Source: Patellaria atrata CBS 101060
Taxonomy: Eukaryota
Direction: 5' to 3'
Length of the DNA: 64,000 bases
Assembly (NCBI GenBank): GCA_010093705.1
Contig: MU006093.1
Coordinates: 3,785 to 67,784, forward strand
Positions 11,564-24,771 of this stretch are shown here, piece after piece (position 1 is the first letter of the stretch; each line of letters starts with the position of its first letter). The position numbers were made by a program, and so were the translations under genes. The notes under the pieces are model-generated. The model made no database searches. It was not told the DNA's origin and worked only from the letters and a program-made list of their open reading frames with translations.

Positions 11564-13774
11564 TCAACCACCGCACCCACCACAACCACCTGTGAAATGA
11601 GTTAGCGAAAAGCAACCAAAGAATGAAGTATCAACACCTACCGCAGCCGCCCCCATCCCCGGCATCCCCATCCATAGTCGGGGCTCCGCATCCGCCACCA
11701 TCTCCCGCCGCTCCTCCACACGTGTACATCGCACATGCCCCGTATCCGGTCGTGGCGACATTACACGGGTCAACCGCATAGACGCTACTATCCGTAGAAA
11801 TCGCCGGATCCTGCTCAAAGGGTACATACACGGGGACGATGATAGGATAACCCCAAGGCGCAAGCATAGCCTCTTCTTTCTTAGGCTCCTCCCGTCCGTT
11901 CTTGCGAGCTCGTGCACAGGCTTTGTTATACGCTTCTTCTAGCTTGGCTTCGTGGACGCGGGCTTTGGCTAGGGCTTCGGCGGAGTAGTTTTTCACGGCG
12001 TTGTGCGTTGAGATGTGCGGGCTGTTGACTGGGTCCATAGTCAAGTCGTCCGAAGCCTTATGCAGTCGCGATCGTGCGAAGTGGCGGGAGGGATGCAGAA
12101 TTAGAGAGGAGGGGGATGAGTGGGCCTCGCGGACCGCTTCACAGTACCAGCACAGGCAGGCGGAGTATGATTCGCCGTAACGGGCAGCATAGACGGCGCT
12201 GGTCCACAAGAATCCTTCGCTGAGTGTAGCTTCCTCTACTTTATCATCGTGGTCGATGAGTTTCCAGGAGACGACAAGGCAGTGATTGCAGTAGCTAGCC
12301 GGGTTGAGCTGGTGGGTGTGCCACGCTAGGTCGACGTCAAGAGTTGGAACGGCCATTTTCTTCTTGTTCGAGGCAATAATGGAGAGGAAGCGGTCGTACT
12401 TTTTAAGGGAGCGTTGCATGGTAAAGGTTAGGGCCGGGGAATGGAGCCAGTCTAGCTTGTGCATCTTGTTGATGAAGGTACCTTGACGGATCACTGCGCC
12501 AACTAGGTCTAGTCCAAATGGGCTCGAATTGTACCAGTATCTACTCATGACACGGCGGATACCTGTTCTATCTCGACGGCTGGCATTGCTTTTACTAAGC
12601 ACTTCGTCGAATGCGGATGTTATCCCCGTCAGCCCTGACGAATTTCTATAAAGGTTGTTAGGGTTCGAGATCGATAGAAGCTTACTCCGCAGACTACTGT
12701 CGCTCATAATCAAAGTGTTAGGATAATGCCCCTTATTCCTGCCAACTTCAAAGCGAGTAACTCTCCTAGGTTGAGCGCTAACCCCAAAGATGGTACCAGG
12801 AAGGGGTACATCATCATTTATGAGGAGATTCAAGTCATCATTAAGTCTCTGCATTCTTAACGTTTCGTGGGATATATTTTTGTTGCACTTGACGCATTTG
12901 GCAGAGAAGGCTTTGTCAGCGAAGCCTGTCCCTATAATTTTCGTCTTCCAGTTTGTTTCGTCTTCGGTAGACCAAGGGACAGTAAATTTTGTTTTACAGC
13001 TAACACACTCTATGATTTTATCCCCGAGATCTCTGTTGTCCCAAGGGATGCCCGTCTGTTGTTCAAACTTGGAATGCGTCTCTTGCGATAGAGTGTACTC
13101 AAAGGTAATACAATCAATGCAGGAATCGATTTCTCTCCAGGGAAAGGGAGTTGCATACAAGTCCATGATATCATACCTGACGCAATCTTCGAAAAAGAGA
13201 CGTGGGTTTAGCAAATAAGCGTGCCATACCATGAGAACGTCTACACAGGAAGTTAGTCATTCGACACTATTAACTTGAATGTGTACTTACCAAGAGGTGG
13301 TAGATCGAGGGTTTTTCCAAAGTGCAGTCTAGAACCCTTTTGTACAACAGTATTCATGGATCCTGCACGCCCAAGTTTCTTGCGCGTGAGCATACCCGTT
13401 TGAACACCATTACTCGTCCTGGGAATTGCGTCTTCCCACCACTTGGTGAATCGTTCTACGGCTCTTGTAACATAAACTTCCCATTTTTTCTCACGGACTC
13501 TTGCATCGGCTTGAGTGGTTTGCGAGGGCCTAGGATCAGTAGAGTTGGATTCCAGAGTTGAGATATCCTCTCGTAGTTGGTAGAAGGCCTCTAAAAGTTT
13601 GAGATGTGCAACACATTCGTCTGGACTAGGAGTAGGGTTAACTTTCGTAAAATCGAGTTGTCTCAGTCTTGTGGTCAAGTCTGGGATAGGATCAGAAAGC
13701 TGATCGTATCCAGGAGGATTTTCCCGTTTGTCTCTGAAAGTGCTCGACTTGGGACTATGCTTTTCTTTCTCCAT
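11564..13774 (-). CDS. Glycine-rich domain-containing protein (GRDP/DUF1399-like); introns 13290-13241 and 11641-11590
   Basis: Spliced motifs PPLDVLMVWHAYLLNP, DLVGAVIRQGTF, VPTLDVDLAWHTHQL, IDHDDKV, CLCWYC and GGCGGCGG tail. Confidence 0.85.
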
Positions 13775-14549
13775 TTTGTACGAGGGACGACTTGAATGAA
13801 ACAAATGCGTTTGAAACTATTGAGAAAGAAATGGGAGGAGAATGAATATTATCATCATGGTTACGGACGCAGCCTCACCTACCGTCGATACCGACTCCGC
13901 AGTATTCGTGTCTTTAAACGGTAGGAGGAAAACTAGCGTTCTGCATCACTGCCAAAAACATGATCACCTGCATGAATAATTACTTAGCCTGATGAATTCA
14001 TTGTACATCATAAAACCATCTCGTAATTGAATTTGATGTTGCTGAAGAGCCTCAAGGCAGAGTGGGCGAAGTAAGATGTAGGTTGATTTAAAGAACTATA
14101 CGCTTAACTCGCCTTTCCCAATCCCGCCTAGAGGATGGGCCACTGGGTGGCTTAGGACATAATGCAGTTTCCGGTCAACTTTCTTCTCAACTTCTGGTCA
14201 GGCTTGTTCCAAGCTATTGTCTTGGAAAGGAATAATTCATTCCCTATTGCCTTGGCCTCATCTTGAAGTAGGCGGGCGAATCTTGTTTGGATAATGGCGG
14301 CTATGTTAGCTACAGGCAGTGCGAACTTGGTGAGTATCTCGAGGACATTAATAGAACTTGAAACTGAAACTGGATAGACTCTATAGAACTACCAGTACAG
14401 TGGGAATTCTTTGCGGCCCCTACCACAGTTTGTATTACTCGGCATCTATATGCTTGAACAACTTCAGGGGTGGGCCGTTAAGTCTGGAGTATCGACTTAT
14501 ATCTACCTATCTGCATGGTTAAGATCATATGTGTGTGCGCTTAGACTCT

Positions 14550-14620
14550 TGTGAGATTATACCACTACGGCAAAATGCCGACCTTAATGCCGAGTTTGGC
14601 AGTAAGGCTTATATCTGACA
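14550..14620 (+). mobile_element. 71-bp TG...CA mini element (tiny solo LTR/TRIM-like), copy 1
   Basis: Matches 26851-26922; flanks ACTCT / GCTCT (4/5 TSD). Confidence 0.8.
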
Positions 14621-14788
14621 GCTCTTTTCTATGTTTCTCAGTCATCCTATGGTTCTATAACATAGCTAGATAGTCGGAGAGCTCTGCGGTTGAGTGTATA
14701 GTACCATAATAGGAGAACGGCTAAGGGAGTGCTAATAAGTACCGTTTTTATACTGTGTACCCCTTTGATGATTCTCGACTGAGGGCCA

Positions 14789-15829
14789 TTACCATATGCG
14801 TTCCCCTTTCGCCTCCTCCCCTTCCTTGCTGGGCTCTAGATATTTCCTCCTAACAAACGTCTCCAAATCGTCCGCCAACCACCCAAGCCTCACATTCCAC
14901 GTGCGATTCGTATCCCAACTAACCCCCTTCCCCTGCGCAAACAGCAGCCTATACCTCTCCAACATATCCCCCGTCTCCCTCACTCTCCTCTCCAACTCCT
15001 CAGCCGTCCACACGACTCTCTCCAGCCTCTCCGGCTCATTCCCAAACAACATCTCCTGTAGCAGATCTGCCAAAAATCCATACTCGAAAGTCTGACCAGC
15101 AGTATAGACAATCCTCTCATGCAACTCGGGCTCAAAAAGCGCCCTCGCCGTCAAAACCCCAATGTCCCCGACTCCTGTAACCGTGACCCTGTTCCTCCAC
15201 CCTCCAAGCGCCGTAACCCTTCCCCTTCGTCCCTCTTTCCAACCCTCCACCCTCACAACCCCAAACTCCTCCTCAAACAAAAACGAGGTAAACATCCCCG
15301 TGCTCACGATGACCCAATCGACCACCCCCCTCACCTCCTTAGACCGTAAGAACTCCCGGACCCCCAACTGTTCCTCGAATAACGGCATCTGTGACCCGTG
15401 CCCCACGACATCATAATCGACCCCGAACTGCCAGGGTATGAACCTCAGCCTCTTCCTCCCCCTACCATTCCCCCCCTCCTCCCCCCTCAGTTCCCCAGCC
15501 TTCCTCACAGCCTCAGCAATCATTCTCTGCGTCCCCAATGGGGCTCCATACCCAGTCGCACACACCACGGCATCGAAGCCCCCAAACAACCCGGCGAGCT
15601 CATTCACCGGGGCGCCGACATCGCCTTCGATGATTCGAATTTGTTGACTGAGATCCCGGATCTTGGTGACCGAGGACGAGCCTGGGCGGAGCAGGACGGT
15701 GACGGTTGAAGTCTCGGATTTGACGGGTGGGGATGTGATGAGGGCGCGGAGGATCGAGAGGCCGAGCTCGCCGGCGCCGAGGACGAGGATGGAGGGGAGG
15801 GGGAGGAGAGAGGAGGGTTGGGTTGACAT
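14789..15829 (-). CDS. NmrA-like / isoflavone reductase family NAD(P)-binding protein
   Basis: Rossmann ILVLGAGELG, RFIPWQFGVDYD, WVIVSTGMFTSF; intronless 346 aa. Confidence 0.85.
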   Translation of the reverse strand: MSTQPSSLLPLPSILVLGAGELGLSILRALITSPPVKSETSTVTVLLRPGSSSVTKIRDLSQQIRIIEGDVGAPVNELAGLFGGFDAVVCATGYGAPLGTQRMIAEAVRKAGELRGEEGGNGRGRKRLRFIPWQFGVDYDVVGHGSQMPLFEEQLGVREFLRSKEVRGVVDWVIVSTGMFTSFLFEEEFGVVRVEGWKEGRRGRVTALGGWRNRVTVTGVGDIGVLTARALFEPELHERIVYTAGQTFEYGFLADLLQEMLFGNEPERLERVVWTAEELERRVRETGDMLERYRLLFAQGKGVSWDTNRTWNVRLGWLADDLETFVRRKYLEPSKEGEEAKGERIW

Positions 15830-16449
15830 AGTTGGAGGTTCGAGGGGGAGGGGGTTTGGGCGTTGATGTGTCTAGGAAACCCACGAGGATATAATTTTGG
15901 TACGACTCTCTTGGATGTACAGGATTTGGTTTATATAGTTTACTTTTTGATTTTCACTACTTGCAGATGGATAGGCGGTCTAGAGCGTGTATTAAGTTGT
16001 CTTCCAGGAGAAAGAGGATCTTGAGGTCCAGTCTATTAACTTGTTTGTGCGGGGAGGTATCTCCTTTATATTATATATACTTGGTTGTAGAAGGAGTTAG
16101 GCGGACATTATCGGCTTTTATGATGTTTCAAGGGAATCCCTTGATATACTAAGTCACTTGGCGAGGTGTAGTTAAGGGATTAGTTGTGACGATCAAAGTC
16201 CTATATGCTTGGCATGCATGAGGTGGGATGAAATAGGGAATAATTACAACTTGGGGAAATTCAAGTTGGTGTATCAAAAGGACAACATCTGACTTTTAGG
16301 GTACGGTGGCTATAAAATCTAGAGAACAAAAGATAAAATAGGTATCTAGCATCGCCTAATTCAACTCCGTACAACAGGAATTGACACCAGAAACAACGGA
16401 CTACCGCAGAATGGACAGCTAGTGAAAATACGCCGATATATACCATGAT

Positions 16450-18567
16450 CTACGGTTTTCGAGGTCTCGGCCCGATAATTTGTCTCCGTCCTCCGAATCC
16501 GATCCCATGAGCCCCTTTATTCTGTGAATCCCCACCCATGAAACCGTACTGATTGACATCCCACGTCTGTCCAATACCAGTCCCCTCGTTGGTATCTCTA
16601 GCAGCAGATTTTAACTCCTCTTGTGCCTTTTCCCATTCCTTCTGTCGCTCCCGCTCCCGTTCCATCTCCCGCTCTAGCAGCGACTTGCTAGCCCAGCCTT
16701 GCGCCTTAGTCTTTTGCTGTGAAGCGATGCGACGCGCATCTTCAGCGGCCCGCTCAGCAGTCGATGTCTGTCTAACTTCGTTGGGGTAATGGGTCACCGG
16801 TTTTGGTGCTAAGGGGGCAGGTTTGGTCGCTAGGAAACGGTCGGCACGATTAGTATTCGCGGTGTACTCCATTGGCTCTGGTAATGGTCGTGATGGGAGA
16901 GCTGGAGGAGCTCCCACTGCAGTTGTGGGATCGGGGAGTGGCCTGGGTGAGGCAATGGAAGTGCCATTTTGATGAGTCTGCCATTGTTTCCGGAGATACT
17001 CTCGCTCATCACCTGCCCAAGAAACTTCGCTTTCTTTAGGAGATGGGGAGCGTGGAGGAGGGGGTTGGCGAGGCCGGCTCTTTGACCTCGATTGTGCTCT
17101 CCGTTGAGCACGTCTCTCGTCTGATCGCATTCGCTCTTCTCGCTCTAATTGATATTGTCTCTCACGTTCTTTAGCCTCCTCTAATTGTCGTTCAAGCTCC
17201 CGAACCCTTTCACGCTCTGCTGCCCGCTCCGGATCTTCCTGGCTGTTTCGTCTACTTCGGGGTCGTGAAGCTTGTTCTGCCTGATATTGACTCAGAAACT
17301 GTCCTCGTAGCCGTGCATCGCTGTTTGCTCGCTTGCGTTGCGTTTCTTTCTCTATACGCTCTAATGATTCTCTCTCTTCCCTTTGCCGGGCTTCCTCATC
17401 CTCTTTCCATCGCCGTTCGTCTTCTTCCCATTTTTTCTTTTGCTGTTCCAAGCGTCGTTCTTCTTCCTCTCTTTTTCGATTGGCTTCTTCTTCCCACCTA
17501 CTCTCCTCCTCGATTCGAGCGCGATCTTCCTCAGCTTTCCGCTCCAATAGTCTTTGTCTCTCAGCTTCCTCTGCCGCAATCCGTGCTTTCTCTTCTTCTG
17601 CCTCTCTCTCTCGTCGTTTCCGTTCTTTCTCTGCAAGGCTAGGAACATGGGGACCAGCTGAAGTTATTTGCCGTCTGCCACCAAAGGAGATGCCTTGATT
17701 TCCTTGGCTTGCCCCACCCATATAGCCATATCTATAGAAAGTATTAGCAACCCATTATGATGCTGCCTTAAATTATCTAAACCGATATGACCTACTGGTG
17801 AATGTTCCATGCTGGTGCAGTAGTCCCATGATCTGATTTCTTACTCCAGCTACTCACAGGACCCGACGGAGACTTTGGTGCGCCATCTGTTACCCTAGAT
17901 GAGTTAGAGCCTCCTGTAAGGGTAGGACTCAGCGCCCTTGACGCATTATTTGGTGGTCCAGAAATGGGCTTGAACGTAGATGATGTATAGCTTGTATTAC
18001 TAGCTCCTCGTGAACGTCCAAATCCTCCTGAATCCAAACCGTTACTAGCACTACCTGTGGTTGTCGGGCTCGCAACACCAGTCTTTCTAGGTCCAATCGT
18101 GGCAGGAAATTCCGAAGGATTCACGGAATGAGCAACTCTGCTGAAGGCACCCAAGCATTGTATGACCTGTGCTGGATCCTTCGACTCATATAGATCTACC
18201 GTGAGGAAGCGATCGTGTGCTGGAAGGTTCAGGGGTGGTGATTCACATGCTTTGAGGAAGTGTGAGATGTTCTCCATCTGCATGAATGGCATAGCGGACT
18301 TTTTAAACCTGATGCCCGGTGGGGGTAAAACGAGATTAGCAAGCCTATGAAAGTTGTAAACTAATTGTGTACCAGCCAGAAGTCATTAGACAAGGCCTAC
18401 TTGCAAAGTGCTGTTCCATCCTTCAGTGCTTCCAGTAGGTCCCCCGGCGGAAGCTTTTCACCAAGTGTACTTTCTATCCAAGACCGTATCTCATTTGCGG
18501 CTTGTGGGGTATATCTTGATAATCGCAGTTTGCGCATATCTTGGTCCAAAGAACTTACGGACGCCAT
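16450..18567 (-). CDS. Calponin-homology (Scp1/transgelin-like) protein with two calponin-like repeats and charged coiled coil; introns 18400-18345 and 17795-17732
   Basis: MASVSSLDQD, LKDGTALCK, PFMQMENISHFL, FLTVDLYESKD; repeats QYGYMGGASQ..FGGRRQI and QYGFMGGDSQ..FGGRRQI. Confidence 0.88.
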
Positions 18568-18929
18568 TACGAGGGTAGTTGAAGGTATCCAGTACCTCAC
18601 ACTGAGTATGCGGGAGTTTAATATGATAGTAGAAGAAGTTGGGATGCGGAGAAGCTGTGTCTGATTCGGGAGAGGATGAGAGGACCAAATCACGATTCAA
18701 GGTGTCCTCGTATATTTCACAGAATGTTGCATTCCACGTACAAAAGGTTCCGTAGGTTTGTAGGTTTATTAGGAGAGAATGTGGGGTGCGTCAGGTAAGG
18801 AATGATGCGGCTGGTGCTTCAACTGCACCGCCGAAGTTATGCGCGTCAGCCACCGAAGTCGTCACTCCTTGAGGCTCGTCGGGATTCAGGAGTTCATAAT
18901 TCTACAGGATCAATCATGCACCTACGATA

Positions 18930-19717
18930 ATGTCGAGTTCCCCAAGAGCTATCAGATCTTTCTGGTATAGATGGAAAAGCTTCAAATTTCCATGGCGGAA
19001 AAGATGGCTGGTCGGTCAGTACAGTAATTGGTTGCTCAGACGTCACAATCAGTTCCTATATCACTATCACTTGTTGTAAATAGTCGCAATTAATCGAGAA
19101 GTCATCGCTGATCTTATGTTTCGCAGGCTCCGATCTTACCGGTAATACATACTGGGAATTCAAAGACGCCTTGAACCAGAATCGGGTGCGTCGTATCGTA
19201 AAGTACAACCGCCACGCCCACCTCGGTGATGTGAAGTTATCTCGTATGGCACATAAAGACAGCTCTACCATTTGTTTCTATTTACACTTACGCAGCGCAA
19301 TGGATCCAATGGCTCCGTCACACCCGCTTTGAAGCACCCACTATAACCGAACAACAGCACGATGAGATCCGGCTACACCAGATCAAATTGCTGGCAGCGG
19401 AGGCAGACAAGCGTTGGGCATCCAAACCAAGTGTGCTCGATGCTCCGGAAAAGCAGCAACCGATGCTACCATTAAGACCGAAAGATCTCGCGGCCGATGC
19501 ACCTCAAACAGAGCCTGAACAGAAGGAGGGCGTTATAAGTCATGTGGGCAGTCCAGATGAATTGAAGGAGCATGCGGAAGGGAAGGATATAGACCATGGC
19601 AGATTCAAGGGAAAGACGAAAGAAAAAAGAAAGTCTCCATGGAAGCAGCAACGTGGTGTTCCCGGGGATGATTGGCAGCCCCGGGCGTGGACACCGGGTT
19701 CTTCGAAGCGGAGTTAG
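18930..19717 (+). CDS. NDUFA12-family protein, NDUFAF2 (B17.2L)-like complex I assembly factor; two introns
   Basis: Spliced translation MSSSPRAIRSFWYRWK...LVGSDLTGNTYWEF...RRIVKY...PQWIQWLRHTRFEAPT...WQPRAWTP. Confidence 0.8.
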
Positions 19718-20432
19718 ACTGGTGTTTTCTTTCGAAACGCCACGATGATGTGTATATATATTAAGACTTTATATTTCTCGGCGTCTCCATTCCATATATC
19801 GCACTGGAATCATCTATTTTGGCCATCAAGACGAAATGCTGCAATGATCTGGTGGGGAAACTCCTTCCACTCCACGGTCGAGATCCGGATCCTTCTGGTA
19901 ACTTTGTGGATATTTACGACTCAATGCCGCAAGTTCCGTTCATGTTGTAGGGTTATTCCATATCCCTAATACTGTTCCTATACAGCTTACTTGCACCCAA
20001 AAATCAAAGTTTAGTAGGACCATGCTTTTACCCTTCTGACAGGCGGGGCCCCAATACTGAATACTGCATAAGAGGACCCATCTCGCATTATTTGGTTCGA
20101 CAAATGAATACCACTCATTAGTAGCATGAGTTTCTATCAAATCCTCTTCGATTGAATCTTCGAGTACGGGTCAAATGCAATTCCATTGTAGAGGTGCACA
20201 GTTACCCATAAATTCGTCGATCTATCCACTTGCTTCGATTCAACGAGTTTGAACCGCTATTCTTCCATTGTTATTCACCTTATATATGGTCAAACAGTCC
20301 TTTTCCTCTCTCGCTCTACTCTTCATCTTCTATTTCCCATTTCACATTAGAGCAAATAACACACTTACATATCCCAACTCCTTCGGATCACTTTCGCAAC
20401 TATCCATAGGTCTTACTGAACAAAAGTTCAAA

Positions 20433-22139
20433 ATGGTTAAGATATTTGCTTCTTTGGCGGTCCTCTCCCTTGTCGGGCTTCTCCAAGCAAGCTCAATTCC
20501 TATAGCTAGGGTAAGTTTTCCCCCAATATAATCGAATCACGCAGAATCTCCCTCTCCTCGTCTATTCCTTCCTTTACTACTCAACTTGGGACTTCCCTGA
20601 GTCATTTTTTGCATTTCTTTGTTCCTCCATGTTTCCTGTACACCTGTCCCCTACTTCATGGACAGAAGAATCAGAAAACGTCTGCGCCGTGGAGTTATTG
20701 TATAACCGCTATTTGTGTATAAACGCATCGTTTCGTAGAATTTATCTCCTTCCATACCCTCAGCATGTTGCATACCACCGACTATTGTCGTACATTTCTC
20801 TCGGTGTCGTGCTTCCTTCCGTACAATTAACACCTTCATCTTCCTTATAACATCCCATACGTCACTCCCTTTCCGTCTTCTCCACCCTCTCGCCATACAC
20901 TGCTCATCCATGTACCCTCCTCGTCCTTTATTCTCTGCTCACTCATCCAAGGTCCCCATCAACAACTGGTCCGACCAACCAACGCGCCCCGAATCCATCT
21001 CTATCGACAAAACCCCGCGTTATGACCCTGCCTATGGACTTCCCGAGCCGGGTACCTGGCGCAATTGGCGCGTCCGTCCCAAACTCCCTTTCCCATTTGA
21101 CGAGACACCAGCTCCCGATGAGACACCGGCTCTCGACGAGACGCCCGATGAGACAGCATCACTTGATGAAAAAACGCTGCTAGATGGGACACCAGCCGTT
21201 GACGAGTCGCCAGCCGTGGATGAGTCCTCTCAACCCGCCGCTGGCGCCCTCAACGAGACTCCTGACCCGGCCCCTCCAACCAAACGCCAAGTAGACCCCC
21301 TCTACAACCCCTTCGTCAAGCCACCCCCAAACCCGCCATCCCCCCATCCCCCCTACGGCCGCTACGGTCGCACCGGGGGCTCCAAACCGTACTTCGCGCC
21401 CAAGGACATGATGTTCAGGTACACTGGGGCGTCGAACAAACGCTCCTATGTCTCTAATTTAGACATAGATAGTTCCGACGTCGAGGGTTCCAAAATAAGT
21501 GGCTCGGGCAATAGCGAGGTAGACCCCAGGGACAAGGTCCCGTTCGTTAATATCCTGGCGACGTATGCGGGGCAGGTGCGTAGTAAGAAGGTTACGGAGC
21601 ACGCGAATGGGGAGGAGTTGGATAAGAGGGATGGTTTGGGCGAAGTGGGTGAGCTGCCGGTGCCTTATGAGATCGTGGCTGCGGAGTTGGAGCGTACTAG
21701 GGAACAGAGTACCCGGGAGGAGGAGACGGTCGTGGGTGATGATGCCAAGGGTTATGAGGAGGTTGAGTGGAAGGTGGGACCGAGAGATGGAGAGAGTACG
21801 GTCGTATATGATGATGCGGAGGTTGATAAGCTGGAACAGAGGGTGGAGAAAGTCGACGTCGCTGGCGAGGAGTGGGAATTTAGGGGCCAGTATGCCAATG
21901 ATGGAAAAGGCGGGTTCAAGAAGGTAGGGAAGAGGGAGGAGAAGAACGGAGTCGATTACGTGTATCAGTTCTATGATGGAACGGTTATCAAGAAGCTTAA
22001 GGGTGACGAGGAAAAGTTGGGGAAGAGAGAGGAGAAGAACGGAGTCGATTACGTGTATCAGTTTTATGATGGAACGGTTATTAAGAAGCTTAAGAGTGAT
22101 GAGGAGAAGAGGCAGATTGGAGGGTCCGGAAGACGATGA
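20433..22139 (+). CDS. Secreted KR-punctuated repeat protein (candidate Kex2-processed peptide precursor); intron 20511-20951
   Basis: Signal-peptide exon MVKIFASLAVLSLVGLLQASSIPIAR, GTAAGT donor, CTCAC branch and AG acceptor join it in frame to the 409-aa ORF; six KR sites; tandem 31-aa repeat. Confidence 0.75.
21927..22109 (+). repeat. Two tandem 93-bp coding repeats (GKREEKNGVDYVYQFYDGTVIKKLK.DEEK)
   Basis: Units begin at 21927 and 22020; differences mostly synonymous. Confidence 0.95.
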
Positions 22140-22741
22140 GTGATCTTGAAATTTCTAGGCCACTTCGGGGTATTTACACTCCTTGAAGTGACTGGTGGAT
22201 TTCGTAGGCGAAATGAGGGGAGTGTTTGAATTTGGATTTGGGCTTTTGGATAGCTGTGGTGTGGTTGGTGTTCTGATCTTAGTACCCTATTTGGTGTTCA
22301 AATCTTTTAACTTGACTATGAGCTCCTATAGACATTCTTTAAATATTGATATATACTGTACTCTTCACTCTAGCTACAGGATTTTCTGGTGTACTTGTAC
22401 ACTTCGGCCGAATGAAGGTTTCCACGCATCGTACAGACGCACGAGAGTGTACGAATTTCCTTCCCGAAGGCGTAAGACAGTACATTACAAAGGACAGAGA
22501 GCTATGAATGAAAGAAAAAATGTAATAACAAATTCTATTGCTGATTTGAGGTGTGCATTTGCGCTGAACCGATGTGTGGTACTATTGACCGAAACCCTCT
22601 GCACAGACGACTCTTCTATCCGCACTATATACACCAACAGTCCTAAGGTACTAATTCACCAATGCATATACAGTACAGCAACTGACCGGGAATCTCCCTA
22701 CTGTCCTCGGCCCTTTTCACCCCATTTCTATTCCTCATCTC

Positions 22742-24301
22742 TCACCTTATCGGCCACTTCCCCTCAACCTTCCCCTTTAAACCGGATCTTTTCACAATTT
22801 CCAAACCCCTCCTCTCAGCCTCCCTCCATACACTATCTTCATCAATCCCTACAACCTTCCCCTTCCGAACCACTTCTTTCCCATCGCAAACGACCATCTC
22901 CACATCCCGTGCCTGGGCGGTATACACAACCGCACTCACAGCACTATACCACGGCCTCAGCGCCACATGTCTCATATCGACGACGCAAAAGTCCGCCTTT
23001 TTCCCCTTCTCCAGCGAACCAATCACATGATCTAGCTGCAGCGCTTTCGCCCCGTTGAATGTCGCCATCTCCAGAACCGTCTCCGCAGGTAAGAGGGTCG
23101 GCTCTGCTTCATGATATTCCGATTTGGGCTTGTGCAGAATGGCTGCGAGTCTCATCTCCTGCATCATGTCGCACGTGTTATTGCAAGGCGCGCCATCGGT
23201 TCCCAGTGTCACGTTTACACCGGCGGAAAGGAGATCGGGTACCCGGCAGAGGCCTGAGGCGAGCTTGGCGTTGGAGGAAGGGCAATGTACCACGTTTGTT
23301 TTTGTCTCTGCCAGTGCTGAGATGTCTGAGGAATCGAGATGGACCATGTGGACCAATGTTGTTGAGGGAGAGAGGAGGTTGACGCTGCGGCAATAGGACA
23401 TCGGGGTGTGGCCGAGAGAAGAAAAGAAAGAGCGGTCGGCGGCAACTTCGGCGCAGTGCATTGTTATCGGGATGGATTTCTCGCGCGAGATGGTAGACAT
23501 TTCCTTGTATAGGTCGTCGGAAACGCTAACAGGGGGTGATGTTAGTGATATATACTAAGGGGTTGCGATATGGCAGGGGATAGGGATGAAGTACACTGCT
23601 TACCCGCCTGGTGTCCTCGCTCCAAACCATACTCTGATTCGATCGTTAGCAGCACCATTCCAATTCTCATGCATCTTAACAGCCCCGAGGAGAGAAGTCT
23701 CTCGGTCCTCAATCAGTCCCGGGTGCATGGCCCATTTCGGGTCCGAAGCGTACGTCCCGACGTCCATAACAATCTTGCCCAGACAGCCCCTGATACCCGT
23801 TTCTTCGACGGCTTTGCAGAGACCATCGAAGCCGTAGCGGTCTGCGAACTGATTAGACAATCAGCATCTGTCTTTCTAGAAGGTTTCCCTTTTGGGAAAG
23901 GGTTCATTCTTGGAATAGGGGTTGCTCACCATACTCTCAAGAAAACAAGTCGTTCCACTCTTCAACATCTCCACACAGCTGATCATCGCAGCTGCATACC
24001 CATCCCCCGGGGTAAAGTTCCCCTGCATCACCCAAATCCTTTCACAGAGCCATGATACCAATTCAAGGTCGTCTGCAGCGCCTCTTAATAGTGTTTGCGC
24101 AGTGTGCATGTGAGCATTGACGAGGCCGGGGATGATGATGCGGTCGGTGAGGTTGGTGACTTCTTCATCTGGGTATTTTTGCAATAGGATGTCTGCTTTG
24201 CCAATATCCTCAATGAGGTTACCTCGGACGAGGATGGCGCCGTCTGTGATTATTTCCCGCGATGGGTTGACTGTGATTATTGTTGCGTGGATGTAAAGCA
24301 T
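22742..24301 (-). CDS. Metal-dependent amidohydrolase (MTA/SAH deaminase - atrazine chlorohydrolase-like); introns 23929-23849 and 23603-23526
   Basis: PGLVNAHMH, TMHCAE, LVHMVH, HCPSSN, LGTDGAPCNN, GSLEKGKKADF. Confidence 0.9.
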
Positions 24302-24771
24302 TTTGAATTGCTTTTAACAGAACTCCTATTGATTCAAAGATACTTTTCCAAATATGAATTTCTTATAGTCTATAATATCTATTGCTGTTCCCTTGCTCTT
24401 ATATAGCGTGAATCTGGACTGGTAAACATGTTAGGAGAAGTGGGCACATCGGCGCATTCCGATGTCCTTGACGGAGAAGCTTTTCGTCCAAAGCAGCAGA
24501 CTCTTCATCGAGAAGCGGTATGGACTAGACTTACAAGCGACTAGTAGAGTGAGGAAAATGAAGAGATAAGAAATGAGTTCAATCCGATCTGTGAGGTGCT
24601 ATTTAAATCCATTAGTTCTATTTTAATACGACCGTTATTACAGCTTATTCCACATTCGGTATTTTTCCACCGTTCCAATGTACTCGAAATGGAAACGTTC
24701 AGAATGCTTCCAATCTTCAACATCAAGGAGTCTCCCGTCCCTTTAAACCTAGCCGATAATTCCATTATATC

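Noticed and set aside
11192..11600. ORFs with TELYQ / WYSS repeats, or a CRISPR-like array
   Set aside because: Products of the 18-bp tandem minisatellite; no spacers; eukaryotic context
22195..23396. 287-aa and neighbouring plus-strand ORFs
   Set aside because: Antisense shadow of the amidohydrolase and its 3' region; non-ATG start, no motifs
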